Below the pieces are notes generated by a model that ran no database searches, was not told the origin of the DNA, and worked only from the letters and a program-made list of their open reading frames with translations. This document shows, piece by piece, positions 14,060-24,006 of a stretch of 35,559 nt of DNA (position 1 is the stretch's first letter; every line of letters starts with the position of its first letter). Both the position numbers and the translations under genes were made by a program. Origin of the DNA: Nemertoderma westbladi (lineage: Eukaryota; Animalia; Xenacoelomorpha); assembly GCA_032718475.1 (NCBI GenBank), contig JAUCBJ010001531.1, forward strand, positions 1-35,559. Reading direction: 5' to 3'.

Positions 14060-14371
14060 CGTAAAAATATTTCAATAAAGATCTTTCGGAACGCTGATAG
14101 ATTGTCGACGAACTAGTCAATAACTTAAAGACAAACTAGTAGACTGTTTTAGTCTAATAACAAATGCAATTTAATATTGATTATCTAAACTTTTTTGGGA
14201 TGTTATTAATTGTGTAACTAAATGAGTGACAGTTATATGGTATGAACTAGGGCATCCGCAACTAAATACATTATATTATTTTGTTAAATATATATTTGTT
14301 ATATTTTATTACTAAATTATTATTTATAAATATAATAGTATATTGAATCGAATTCTTGGTAATATTTATTT

Positions 14372-14990
14372 AAAATTGGGCGCTACGCAAAAAGAAAGAA
14401 AGTGAGCTTACACGCACCACTAACTCAATCGGTGTGTCTGTTGTTCTGTCGTGTTCAATTTTAAACGTTAATAACTCAGCCAAATATCGATGAAATCTAT
14501 CCAAACTTGGGTACACATGTACTATGTAGTCTGGCACAAGTTTAGAAATTTTCAAAGTAGAATTTCCATGTGGCCTTCGAAAAGCTAAGAGATAGCAGTT
14601 AATTAGTTAATTAAGTTCAGTAGGGTAAAAACAGCATTTTCAAGCCTGTCTTTTAATGGAGATTAATTATTTTAAAGTATAAGATATAAATAATTATATT
14701 TAAAAATTATACAGCTGTAATCCCCATACCCCATTCCATTATAGTTTTTAATTAGTTCAAATGATTTGCTTTAAGAAATGTGTTTTTAATTGATCTAAAC
14801 GTAATTAAGTCATAAAAATTCCTTCGTCACTCTATACCTCCCTCATTCCTTAGCATACTAATTGCCTATTAGTTGGAACCAGTCCAATCATCTCATCACT
14901 ACTTGGCAACGGGTAATTGCATCTATAGGACATAGGCAAGGCAGGCACTACTAGTGTAAAGTGACTAATAAGCCAGCTTGCTTATTATTT
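14372..14990 (+). mobile_element. Possible non-autonomous Helentron-associated (HINE/DINE-1-like) element; boundaries approximate
   Basis: Opens TTGGGCGCTACGC...GTGAGC, then a GTCTGT-like tract, then AATAACTCAGCCAAATATCGATGAAATCTATCCAAACTTGG. Ends near hairpin TAAGC-CAGCTT-GCTTA. Layout resemblance only; no second copy in the window. Confidence 0.25.
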
Positions 14991-15255
14991 ATCTCGCAAA
15001 ATAATTGCCTGGAGTATTTAATCATATTATTTAGAATCATTAGCTAAATAATTTCTTTGAGGTGTCGACCTTATAAATTAATATTAAATATATTAAATAA
15101 TAAATTAATATTTCAGTATCAATACTATCGGCATAAGGTAAGTTTTAATAATTTTTTCAAATTGGGTTGATTCCACACCTAAAAATATATTACTTTTAAA
15201 ACACTAATTTTTTGTTAATACCTCTGCCCTTCATTATTCCTCTGTGCTCCTTTGG

Positions 15256-15905
15256 TGTAAGCGGATTCAATTCCGTGCATTACCCACCCAAAATGGGATT
15301 AGTGGCATTTTACCAATATAGTTGACGATGTAGACAAGATGTTGACAATATAGTTGATAATAATCTCACCTCATAACCAACTGGGGCGACACACGCCGTA
15401 AGCCACAGAGAGAGGTGAGAGGTCAAACCACCTCAGAGGGACAAGCAAGCTAGTGAGGCTAGCACGAGGGATAACGTCAACAGGGAGTGGTAAGGTGACC
15501 ATTAATCAGGTTAAGCCAATAGTGGGCGGAAAAGCACATTGGGGGTGAATAGAGCGCATCTATTGGATATTAAGGCCACCCTGTAGTGTAGGGCTAATGT
15601 AATATGTGTCAATGATATAACCGTTGTGATTGCTGATTATTAGTTAGTTGGTTTCCTTACAGTTGTGAGACCGGAATAGTTTTGACCGTCGTCGTTACTG
15701 ACCGTTGTATTGCATATTATTATATTCAGACTGTGCTATTATCAATTACTGTGATTATTAATACTGACAATTTAACTCTGTCATTTTCAATGGCCTTCGG
15801 CCTAATATATCCAGTGTTAGCCCAGCAGCCCACGGACTCGACGACGCGTACAATCCACACACCGGTCGGGATTCACCACTGCCAACTCCAGTGGATTCCG
15901 TCACA
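15256..15905 (+). mobile_element. Solo LTR (650 bp) with 5-bp target-site duplication TTTGG
   Basis: TTTGG|TGTAAGCGGA...TCCGTCACA|TTTGG (TSD 15251-15255 and 15906-15910). Shares colinear blocks (AGCCAAT, AGTTAGTT, TTGCATAT, GACGACGCGTA, GTGGATYCCGTCACA) with the reverse complement of the LTR at 34143-34659. Confidence 0.85.
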
Positions 15906-16322
15906 TTTGGGTTGGGGTGGGGTAGATTAAAAGGAAGGTTGAAGTGAGGGAGGGAACTTTCCTCGCTTCTTTGATTTATTCTTATTGGCAGTTTGGTTAA
16001 ATTTTTTATTTATTTATTTAAATTTCTTAAGTACCGATTTTGAATAGAATTTCTCAATTTTAATCTGTATCTGATAACTGAGCCGCGTACTGCGCGAAGG
16101 CACCACGAACGTGTATAAATAGTTATTCTGCGCTGAGCAATTTCGCCTAATGCGAGCTAGTAGACCATTAATGACATTATCGTGAATAGTGCAGACAATG
16201 TGCAACAATAACAATTGTTTCTTAAATGTGTTAATTGACTCAGATTTTCTAAAGGTAGGGTATTCCTGCTCCTAGAGGTGGAATGTATAAAAGAATCCTT
16301 AAAAAAATTATTGCGATCTAAG

Positions 16323-16833
16323 TGCGGCCGAATATTGTCAGCATTGCTGGTTCGGTAATGGCTAAAGGAGAGAAGCTAGCATAGGGCTGAGGGAATATGG
16401 GGTGACAACGGGAGAACCCAACAATTGGGAGAGCCGCACATGGCGGGTATAACGTGTATCTAATTGGTGAGGCATTACGTAGGTAAGATTGTGTAACGTG
16501 TTCCATACAGTTTCCAAATATATATCTGATGGTCAATATCAATAATGTTCAGTTGGCTATTAATTACTGTGGATTTCGGATGGTTTTAAACCGACGCCCG
16601 TAATACTTACTGATTGTGCTATAATCTGTCAACCGGTACTGATTGTGCTATAATCTGTCAACCGGTACTTATATACATATCAGCTATTATTAACAACGAT
16701 AAACCAATAACTCTTGTATTCTACCGGCCTACGGCCTTCAGTTTTCATAGTCACCAAGTACGCGGAGACGCGTCAGGAACACAACAAAATATTCACCCGG
16801 TCGGGATCCCACGCCAACTCGGATCCCGTCACA
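16323..16833 (+). mobile_element. Second, diverged solo LTR of the same group (~510 bp; left boundary uncertain)
   Basis: Ends GACGCGT...CCGGTCGGGATCCCACGCCAACTCGGATCCCGTCACA, matching the other LTR ends. Tentative start TGCGGCCGAAT with imperfect flanks TAAG/CAAG. Confidence 0.65.
16608..16669. repeat. 29-bp tandem duplication inside the second solo LTR
   Basis: TACTGATTGTGCTATAATCTGTCAACCGG x2, perfect. Confidence 0.95.
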
Positions 16834-17531
16834 CAAGTGAAAACGACCTTCAAAGTTAGCAGTATTGACAATGTCCTTAGCAATAGGCTTTAAACGGGCG
16901 TAATACATTTGTAGTGGTCGTAGTGTCATTGGATCAGAGTCTATCACCAATATATCAAGTCTAAGGAACAATATGCACTACTTGCTTACCCATGGCAACG
17001 GGTAACTTTGGCTAGAAACAGGCTATATATTAGCCGTGGCGTCATTAAATCAACCTCTACCCCCACTATATCGAGTATAAGGAAAAATATGCAATATGTT
17101 TTAGTTTCTAGATGCCATGGCAACTCGTAAGAATTGTTAACAAAGTATTTTTAATATCACTTAGCTGTTTTCACTACATAAAAGAGCTCATTTTGAAAGA
17201 TAAGTGAGGTTTACTATATATATATTTAAAAGATATTACATTAGTCATCACTTTATGCCCTATAAAATTCTTAAAAAATTGAAATTACATTGTTTTAAAA
17301 ATCGCAATTACGATTATCAGTGCACATAACACCGTTAGGCCTACAAGTACAAGAACAGTGCGCATGCCAGCCTCTAGAGGGGGCTACATGTGTAAACATT
17401 AAATGTCCTTCCATTTCTTTTGCTTTTATTCCGTTCACAGCAGATAAGTACTAGACGATCAGTTGTATATTTCAAGGGAGGCCAATCCGTCTGCAGTTCT
17501 CAAGTCTACCGCTAGAGTATCTTTTTATGGT

Positions 17532-18260
17532 GGTATTAGTATTGCCTGTGACCCCACTTTTTGATGAAAAAAACTAGCTAGTAATTTATGATATACTAGC
17601 TACATATGTTGGTATTATGTTTGCCCCACTCAAGTTCTACATTCTGGAACATTTTTCTTGTGTTGCTATGGTAACCAAGTGTTGTAAATAATGATTTATT
17701 GAAGGTTAATCGAATATGTTATTTAATGAATATAACAATGTAAATTGATTAGTTTTTTGTTTTTGAACTGAATTAAACAGATTTCTATAATTCGCTATTG
17801 TTTATTAGTGTTATCAGTTTGCTGAATGGCCTCCTATAATCGTGCCTGATGGCGTCATCTTTCCTATCCATGACCAGACAACACAGTTAATAGCTATTAA
17901 ACTTGAAATATTTTTTGTTCAAAATGCAGTATTATAGATATAGCTATGAAAAAAACAGTAACATTTGACGTCGTTGTTATTGAAGGTTTGACTGAATATA
18001 ATGTTCCAGAAACTCATAACTATGGTTTTTACACGCAAAATTAAGCAATTTTATTGTACATAAATTTTCAAAACTAACATTCTTAAAACGCCTTTTTTCT
18101 CCAAAATGGTAACCATGGCAACTGTCAAATAACATTCTGGAACATCGCAATAGATCGTTCTATCTAGTTAGTTTTTTTCAGTTTAGTTAGACTCTATCTA
18201 AATAGACTATCTAGTTAGTTTTTTTCATCAAAAAGTGGGGTCACAGGCCATACTAATACC
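17532..18260. mobile_element. MITE / non-autonomous DNA transposon with ~50-bp terminal inverted repeats
   Basis: GGTATTAGTATTGCCTGTGACCCCACTTTTTGATGAAAAAAACTAGCTAG (17532-17581) is the reverse complement of 18211-18260 with 2 mismatches. Inverted subterminal motifs GTTGCTATGGTAACCA / TGGTAACCATGGCAAC. No clean TSD. Confidence 0.85.
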
Positions 18261-18672
18261 TTGTTTTTATGGTAGGGCCCAGATATTGTTTTTTATGGTA
18301 CCTGTATCTATTGTTTTTTTTTATGTTAGCTATTGTTTTTATGGTAGGGCCTAGATATTGTTTTTTTTATGGTAGCTATTGTTATTTATGGTTGGTATTG
18401 TTTTTATGGTAGGGCCTAGATATTGTTTTTTATGGTAGCTATTGTTTTTTATGGTAGGGCCTGGATATTGTTTTTTATGGTAGCTATTGTTTTTTATGGT
18501 AGCTATTGTTTTTATGGTAGGGCCGAGATATTGTTTTTTTATGGTAGCTATTGTTATTTATGGTAGCTATTGTTTTTACATGGTAGCTATTGTTTTCATG
18601 ATAGCTATTGTTTTTAATGGTAGCTATTGTTTTTACATTGTAGCTATTGTTTTTTATGGTGGCTTGTGTTTT
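18261..18672. repeat. Minisatellite, ~18-bp unit with longer interspersed variants
   Basis: TTGTTTTTATGGTAGCTA repeated, with a TTGTTTTTATGGTAGGGCCTAGATA variant in the left half. Confidence 0.9.
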
Positions 18673-18883
18673 AACAACACAAAAAGTTCTATAACTTTTT
18701 GAATTTTTTTAGGCGGGCATATTTTTCTTATCGTTCAGAAGTTAGACCTATTATTATGTTGGAGAACAACTAGAAAACTACATTACTAGGGTGTACTGTA
18801 GCTAAGGATACAATTAATTTTTGGTAAACCAAACAGTATGCTCCCTAAATCAGTGGCGTTTCCGCGAGGTTTCTAGAAGGGTA

Positions 18884-19594
18884 CAGGTACTATGGCGGCA
18901 GCCGTACACCACCTCCAAATTTTTTATACTAGCTAGGTTTTGCTAAATTTTTTAAAGTGTTCTAGAACATTAGTAGATATTATTAATTATAGTAGCTAGT
19001 ATTTTTATCTTGCTAGTATTTTTTGAAAAAAAGTTTTAGTAATTTTTTATTTAGATATTATTTATTATGGTAGCCAGTGTTATTTTTCATAGCTAGTATT
19101 TTTTTCTAGCTAGTATTTAAAAAAAAAGTTTTAGTAATTTTTTCTTTAAGTACTTTAATGTTAATAATAATGTTAATAATAATATTAATAATAATGATGT
19201 TGTTAATAATAATGTAGCCAATTCAATGGCTTTCGACTCCGTTAATAGAGCCAAACACATTTCTTCAATACCAATATCATCCTCAATTGGTGTATTTTAT
19301 GTCTTTTGATGTTCAGACATAGCTACCGGTAGATTGAAAATTGTCTAAATCAATAATATGATGTTTTTATAATGTTCTAGAATAAATAAAAATAACCATA
19401 TCAACAATAATTAACAACAAAAAAGTATTTCCGATATTATTATATTACAATCCTGCTTTTTTAGTAAATGTTCTAGAACAAAAAATATTTGTTCTACAAC
19501 ATTATTTGCTAACATGCTCTAGAACACAAAATTAGCAAAAACTAGCTAGTGTAAACAATTTGGAGGTGGTGTACGGCTGCCATAATAGTGCCCG
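18884..19594. mobile_element. MITE-like element with ~65-bp inverted repeats; may extend left to CAGTGGCG at 18851
   Basis: GGCAGCCGTACACCACCTCCAAATTTTTTATACTAGCTAGGTTTTGCTAAATT on the left versus AATTAGCAAAAACTAGCTAGTGTAAACAATTTGGAGGTGGTGTACGGCTGCC on the right. AT-rich non-coding interior. Confidence 0.75.
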
Positions 19595-19769
19595 AGAAGA
19601 TACATTTAAATGTCATAGTCAATCAGTTTTCATTGCCAAACATTAATTAATAGGTATAATTCCTATCTATTAAATGATTTTAATACAATGAGCTGCAGTA
19701 ATGGTGTCCCATTGTAATGGCACAAGAAAAGTTTGGTGTCAATATTTTTAGAATGCTAGAAAATGCATG

Positions 19770-20058
19770 CTATACTAGATTACTATACTGAATGATTACT
19801 ATACTATATATATATACTATACTATACTATACTATGCTACTATATACTATACTACTATACTATACTATACTATACTATACTATACTATACTATACTATAC
19901 TATACTATACTATACTATACTATACTATACTATACTATACTTACTATACTATACTATACTATACTATACTATACTATACTATACTATACTATACTATATA
20001 TATAATATATATACTATACTTATATACTGAATGATTACTATACTGGATGCTATACTAG
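19770..20058. repeat. (TATAC)n microsatellite
   Basis: Nearly pure TATAC run at about 19855-19997 with degenerate flanks. Confidence 0.97.
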
Positions 20059-20551
20059 AAAATGCATAATTTTGTATTATTGAATTTAAACATGTTTTAT
20101 AATCATTTTATTACCAGAATTTTTCAAGAAAATGTTCTAAAATAAAAAATATTTGTTCTCGAACAGTATTCTTTGTAAATAAATAGCTAATACATTCTGG
20201 AATTCATCCTATAGTTATATAGTTTTTTGGTAATATTAAATATTGTCAATTCAAATATATATAATATGGGCACACAAAGGGTAACAAGCACTAACAATAA
20301 TTAATTTACACATTTATCATTTTCTAAAGATTTTATATAATATTGCCAATATTTGAAATCGGTAATTACCAAAGTAAATAGACCCAAAACATTCAAATTA
20401 CAAAACCTTGTCTTCCGGGTCGCCATAACGTTGGGTTTGCGGTACAGAATCCGTCTGCTTTCAAACTGCGAAGTAACTTACTTACATTCATACACGCCAA
20501 TAAAATAAATATATCGATAGTCACAATAAAGTCTCCAAACCTTCTGCCGCA

Positions 20552-21148
20552 ATGAAAGTTGATTTGGGAACGATGAACCACCTTCATCTGGACAAACAGC
20601 ACAGTCTGCTAACGGTTCGCAGCACCAGACTTCTCTTCTACTTCTTCAGAGCGTTGGACATCCACGGAACCGGATATTTAAATGACATTCAGTTTCTCGG
20701 ATTCCTAAGAACTGTAACAGACCTCCGCAGACAGGAATGTAAGCGCGTCTTCTTTATGCTGGACATCGATGGCTCTGGGTTCATAGAGTTCGACGAGTTC
20801 TATATGGTTATGTGCATGTTGATATGCGTAAAGGACCGCGAAGAGAAGGAGTTTATATTCCGGCATTCTAGAACGGTGTTCGACTTGTTGGATGAAGACG
20901 CGAGTTACACAATATCCGCCAACGAGTTCGACGCCCTCGGGTTGATATTCAACTTTAATAAACGAGCGATAAGTAAGATATTTCGTGAGTTCGATGTGAG
21001 TGGAGATCAGGAGTTGGATTACAAGGAGTTCAAGATGTTTACAACAGCTTGTATCGACAAACAACGAGAGTTGGAGAAGCATAAAAGCGGAGAGAAAAGT
21101 CGACTGCCCAAGTGGGTACAATGGCTGATATCTAAGAAGCAGGACTAA
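20552..21148 (+). CDS. EFCAB9: EF-hand calcium-binding domain-containing protein 9 (CatSper-associated Ca2+ sensor) homolog, 198 aa, single coding exon
   Basis: Intact ATG-TAA ORF. Family motifs LHLDKQHSLLTVR, LDIHG..LNDIQF, VTDL, EFYMVMCML, FIFRHSRTVFDLLD, FREFDVSGDQELDYKEFKMFT are colinear with EFCAB9 as I recall it, at similar length. Four EF-hand-like loops. Confidence 0.9.
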   Translation: MKVDLGTMNHLHLDKQHSLLTVRSTRLLFYFFRALDIHGTGYLNDIQFLGFLRTVTDLRRQECKRVFFMLDIDGSGFIEFDEFYMVMCMLICVKDREEKEFIFRHSRTVFDLLDEDASYTISANEFDALGLIFNFNKRAISKIFREFDVSGDQELDYKEFKMFTTACIDKQRELEKHKSGEKSRLPKWVQWLISKKQD

Positions 21149-21314
21149 TTTACTTGTTGAATTAACCCACGGCAATGAATGTTAATTTTACAACTTGTTA
21201 CTTACAACGGTTATATCAGGACTTGCTATAATAAAACGGACACACCTAACCAAATGTCCATTAAAAGAAGTCGCACCGTTATTACAAAGGGACTTCAGTA
21301 AAAATTACCCATTT

Positions 21315-21675
21315 CTTATTAGTGTAACCAATCCCCTTATTAGTGTAACCAATCCCCTTATTAGTGTAACCAATCCCCTTATTAGTGTAACCAATCCCCT
21401 TATTAGTGTAACCAATCCCCTTATTAGTGTAACCAATCCCCTTATTAGTGTAACCAATCCCCTTATTAGTGTAACCAATCCCCTTATTAGTGTAACCAAT
21501 CCCCTTATTAGTGTAACCAATCCCCTTATTAGTGTAACCAATCCCCTTATTAGTGTAACCAATCCCCTTATTAGTGTAACCAATCCCCTTATTAGTGTAA
21601 CCAATCCCCTTATTAGTGTAACCAATCCCCTTATTAGTGTAACCAATCCCCTTATTAGTGTAACCAATCTTATTA
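21315..21675. repeat. Perfect 21-bp VNTR, ~17 copies
   Basis: CTTATTAGTGTAACCAATCCC starts every 21 bp from 21315 to 21651. No substitutions seen until the last unit. Confidence 0.98.
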
Positions 21676-21880
21676 ACTGATTACGATTTGTATTGTACTT
21701 AGAATAAAGATAGTGTTCCATTCATACATAGATGGTTATAAACTGAAAGTAATTACATCTTATTCGTTTCTATATATCGCTTCCAATCATATAAATATTC
21801 CCTCAGTCTCACAAACAAAATAGATCATAAATTAATCCGAAATGCAAGCATTCAATAACAAAAGGGATGGTTTGGAAGGC

Positions 21881-21894
21881 GGCACCTAGGCAAC
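21881..21894. promoter_or_regulatory. Candidate RFX X-box upstream of CIMAP2
   Basis: GGCACCTAGGCAAC, ~480 bp upstream of the ATG, with one perfect GGCAAC half-site. A weaker match GTATCTATAGCAAT lies at 22254-22267. Confidence 0.3.
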
Positions 21895-22369
21895 TGAATT
21901 AACGCAAATCCACCGCAAATACACAGAGCCAGACCACTTAGCAGCGGGTAACTAACTTGGTTGATATCCACCTGTAGAATATAATTCTCTTCACACCCCC
22001 ATAAATAAATAATCTATATTATTGACTGGTTGCGTAGCGTTTGCAATTAAATAAAATACGTTCAAAGCCAACTTCTAAAGTACCTTGTACATCAGTGCCA
22101 TTAAATTTAACTAACACTAGAGATATTATATTTTATACAAGGTGTACCAGTTATTGTAGTTACGAGATGGGTGAGATGAATATCATTAGAGATAAATGAA
22201 ACATTAGTGAATCTGGTTAATTAATAACACATCTAATTGGCAAAAGGTATTGAGTATCTATAGCAATAGTAAATGACCATTTTATAATATTTTTGTTTAA
22301 ATTATAATTCGCTAAATTTATAATATATAAATTAATTAGAAAATTTATTTGGAAAAACTCCTAATCAAT

Positions 22370-23659
22370 ATGGTTCATTTAAATACTGAACAAAGATTAA
22401 TTGGCAGTGCGCCCCTTACCGAAAAACCAGTAAATCCATTTAAAGACCACCCATTTGGGAGGCAGGCTAATCGATTCGATGTGAACACAATAAATCCGAA
22501 ATGGAAGACACCGGGTACCTACACAGGCTGCGCCTACGACCCTGTGATTCTGAGCGAGGAGGCAAGGGGCCGGGGTCCTGGATCTTACGATCCGCCCCCT
22601 AGCGATTTCGATGCGATTCGACCAAAATCCGAGGGAAGCGGAGTCAGTTCCGGTTGGCAACGCGAGATGGAGCTAAAACGTGCGGCTACTATACCGCATT
22701 TACTTTACAAGGATAAATTCTTTAAGTTTAAAGACAGGGAACGACTGATGGGACCGGGGAAGTACGATCACAAGGATTTGTTTATTGAGTGGTCTAGTAG
22801 ACCCGGAAGCCAAAAGGGTCTGCTAGACGCGTCGGCACAAAGGTTCCCCGCTAAGGGCGTATCGCAAGAGGTCCCGGGTCCCGGCACTTACGGATTCCCG
22901 GAGAGCGTGCTGGAAGAGAAGAGAATCAGAGGGTTTGGATCGGTTAGTTTAATGAAATCGGCTACCGGAGGTGAGAGAAAGTCCGAGTTACGGGATTCCG
23001 GGATCGGACCCGGAAGGTACGGGTTCCATTCCGGAATCGACGATTTCCTCTCCAAGGTCGTCAGTGTCCGCGGCCCCTACGACTGCTTCACAGCGGACAG
23101 ATCCGTCCCACAGGTCAGCGGACACCGGGGTAAGTCCGGACACACAACCGGACGGATTCTGGGACCCGGAGAGTACAGCGTCCGGAATATCGCCAGACAA
23201 CAGACCCGAACAGGTAAGTTCGGAACGGGACCCCAGTACCCGGTGCCGCCCACCGATCGGATATTCTTTACGTCGTTATCTTCTTGTCCCCGACCAGCTG
23301 GGCAACCCGCCCCCAACCGCTACCGAGTAGAGGTCGCCCCCAGGAGGCCCTGTTCCCATGGTAACACGCCGTTCGACCACACGGCTGCCCGGTTCGATCG
23401 CAGGGCCCGGGCGTTACTCCTAGGCGAGAATCAGAACCCCGGGACGGGTCGGTATGACTTGAGTAAACCCAAGTGGTACGTGAACGCCCATCGGAGTGTG
23501 TTCGCGTCGCGCTCAGACCTGCAGCCCGGACCCGAGCGGCGCAAAATGGAAGCAGAAAGGATCTCGTCGAAAGCGGCTCCGAAGTGTCGAGTTCAATCCT
23601 TCCAGCCTGCTGAATCAGAGAATCAGTTCCGGGTTCGTAAAGCGGTGCAACAGATGTAA
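22370..23659 (+). CDS. CIMAP2: Ciliary microtubule-associated protein 2 (LEXM/C1orf177) homolog, SHIPPO/PGP-repeat protein, 429 aa, single coding exon
   Basis: First ATG at 22370 (the track start 22349 is TTG). Motifs PFGRQANRFD..I.PKWK, GPGSY, GW...E......PH..Y, GPGKY, PGPGTYG, SGIGPGRY, VSVRGPYDCFTADRS and LGPGEY occur in the order I recall for C1orf177. Confidence 0.88.
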   Translation: MVHLNTEQRLIGSAPLTEKPVNPFKDHPFGRQANRFDVNTINPKWKTPGTYTGCAYDPVILSEEARGRGPGSYDPPPSDFDAIRPKSEGSGVSSGWQREMELKRAATIPHLLYKDKFFKFKDRERLMGPGKYDHKDLFIEWSSRPGSQKGLLDASAQRFPAKGVSQEVPGPGTYGFPESVLEEKRIRGFGSVSLMKSATGGERKSELRDSGIGPGRYGFHSGIDDFLSKVVSVRGPYDCFTADRSVPQVSGHRGKSGHTTGRILGPGEYSVRNIARQQTRTGKFGTGPQYPVPPTDRIFFTSLSSCPRPAGQPAPNRYRVEVAPRRPCSHGNTPFDHTAARFDRRARALLLGENQNPGTGRYDLSKPKWYVNAHRSVFASRSDLQPGPERRKMEAERISSKAAPKCRVQSFQPAESENQFRVRKAVQQM

Positions 23660-23756
23660 CTAATGGCAACGCATAATATTTTGGAATTGTAACAAGTGGT
23701 ATAGTGTAACATTAGGACACATACCAACTCGTAATTGTCCCACGTGTTAAACTATA

Positions 23757-23870
23757 GACATTGGGATACGTAACGTATGTGTAACGTTGTGACACGTAAC
23801 GTATGTGTAACGTTGGCTCACGTAACAAATATGTTTAACATTGTGACACGTAACAAATGTGTCCCACATT
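23757..23870. repeat. Degenerate ~26-bp tandem repeat, about 4 copies
   Basis: CGTAACGTATGTGTAACGTTGTGACA-like units. Confidence 0.75.
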
Positions 23871-24006
23871 CGAATTCGCAATTATGCGTCTCATTTAGAA
23901 ATAACGTAAGAAAAATAATATAAAATTAATCTTCCATTATGGAATTATTCTTGTGGCACCGCTTGTGCAGTCCTTACATCAAATTAAGAACATGTTTCCC
24001 TAGCAA

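Noticed and set aside
13911-14120. 69-aa minus-strand ORF
   Set aside because: Chance reading through diverged terminal satellite monomers.
18487-20034. ORFs 18487-18702 and 19792-20034
   Set aside because: Translations of the minisatellite and the (TATAC)n microsatellite.
21195-21721. LISVTNP and LVTLIRG repeat ORFs on both strands; also a possible telomeric repeat
   Set aside because: A stop-free 21-bp unit is open by arithmetic and shows no synonymous variation. The array is interstitial and is not a telomere motif I recognise.
20393-23669. Antisense and alternate-frame ORFs over EFCAB9 and CIMAP2
   Set aside because: Shadows of the real CDSs with no recognisable motifs.
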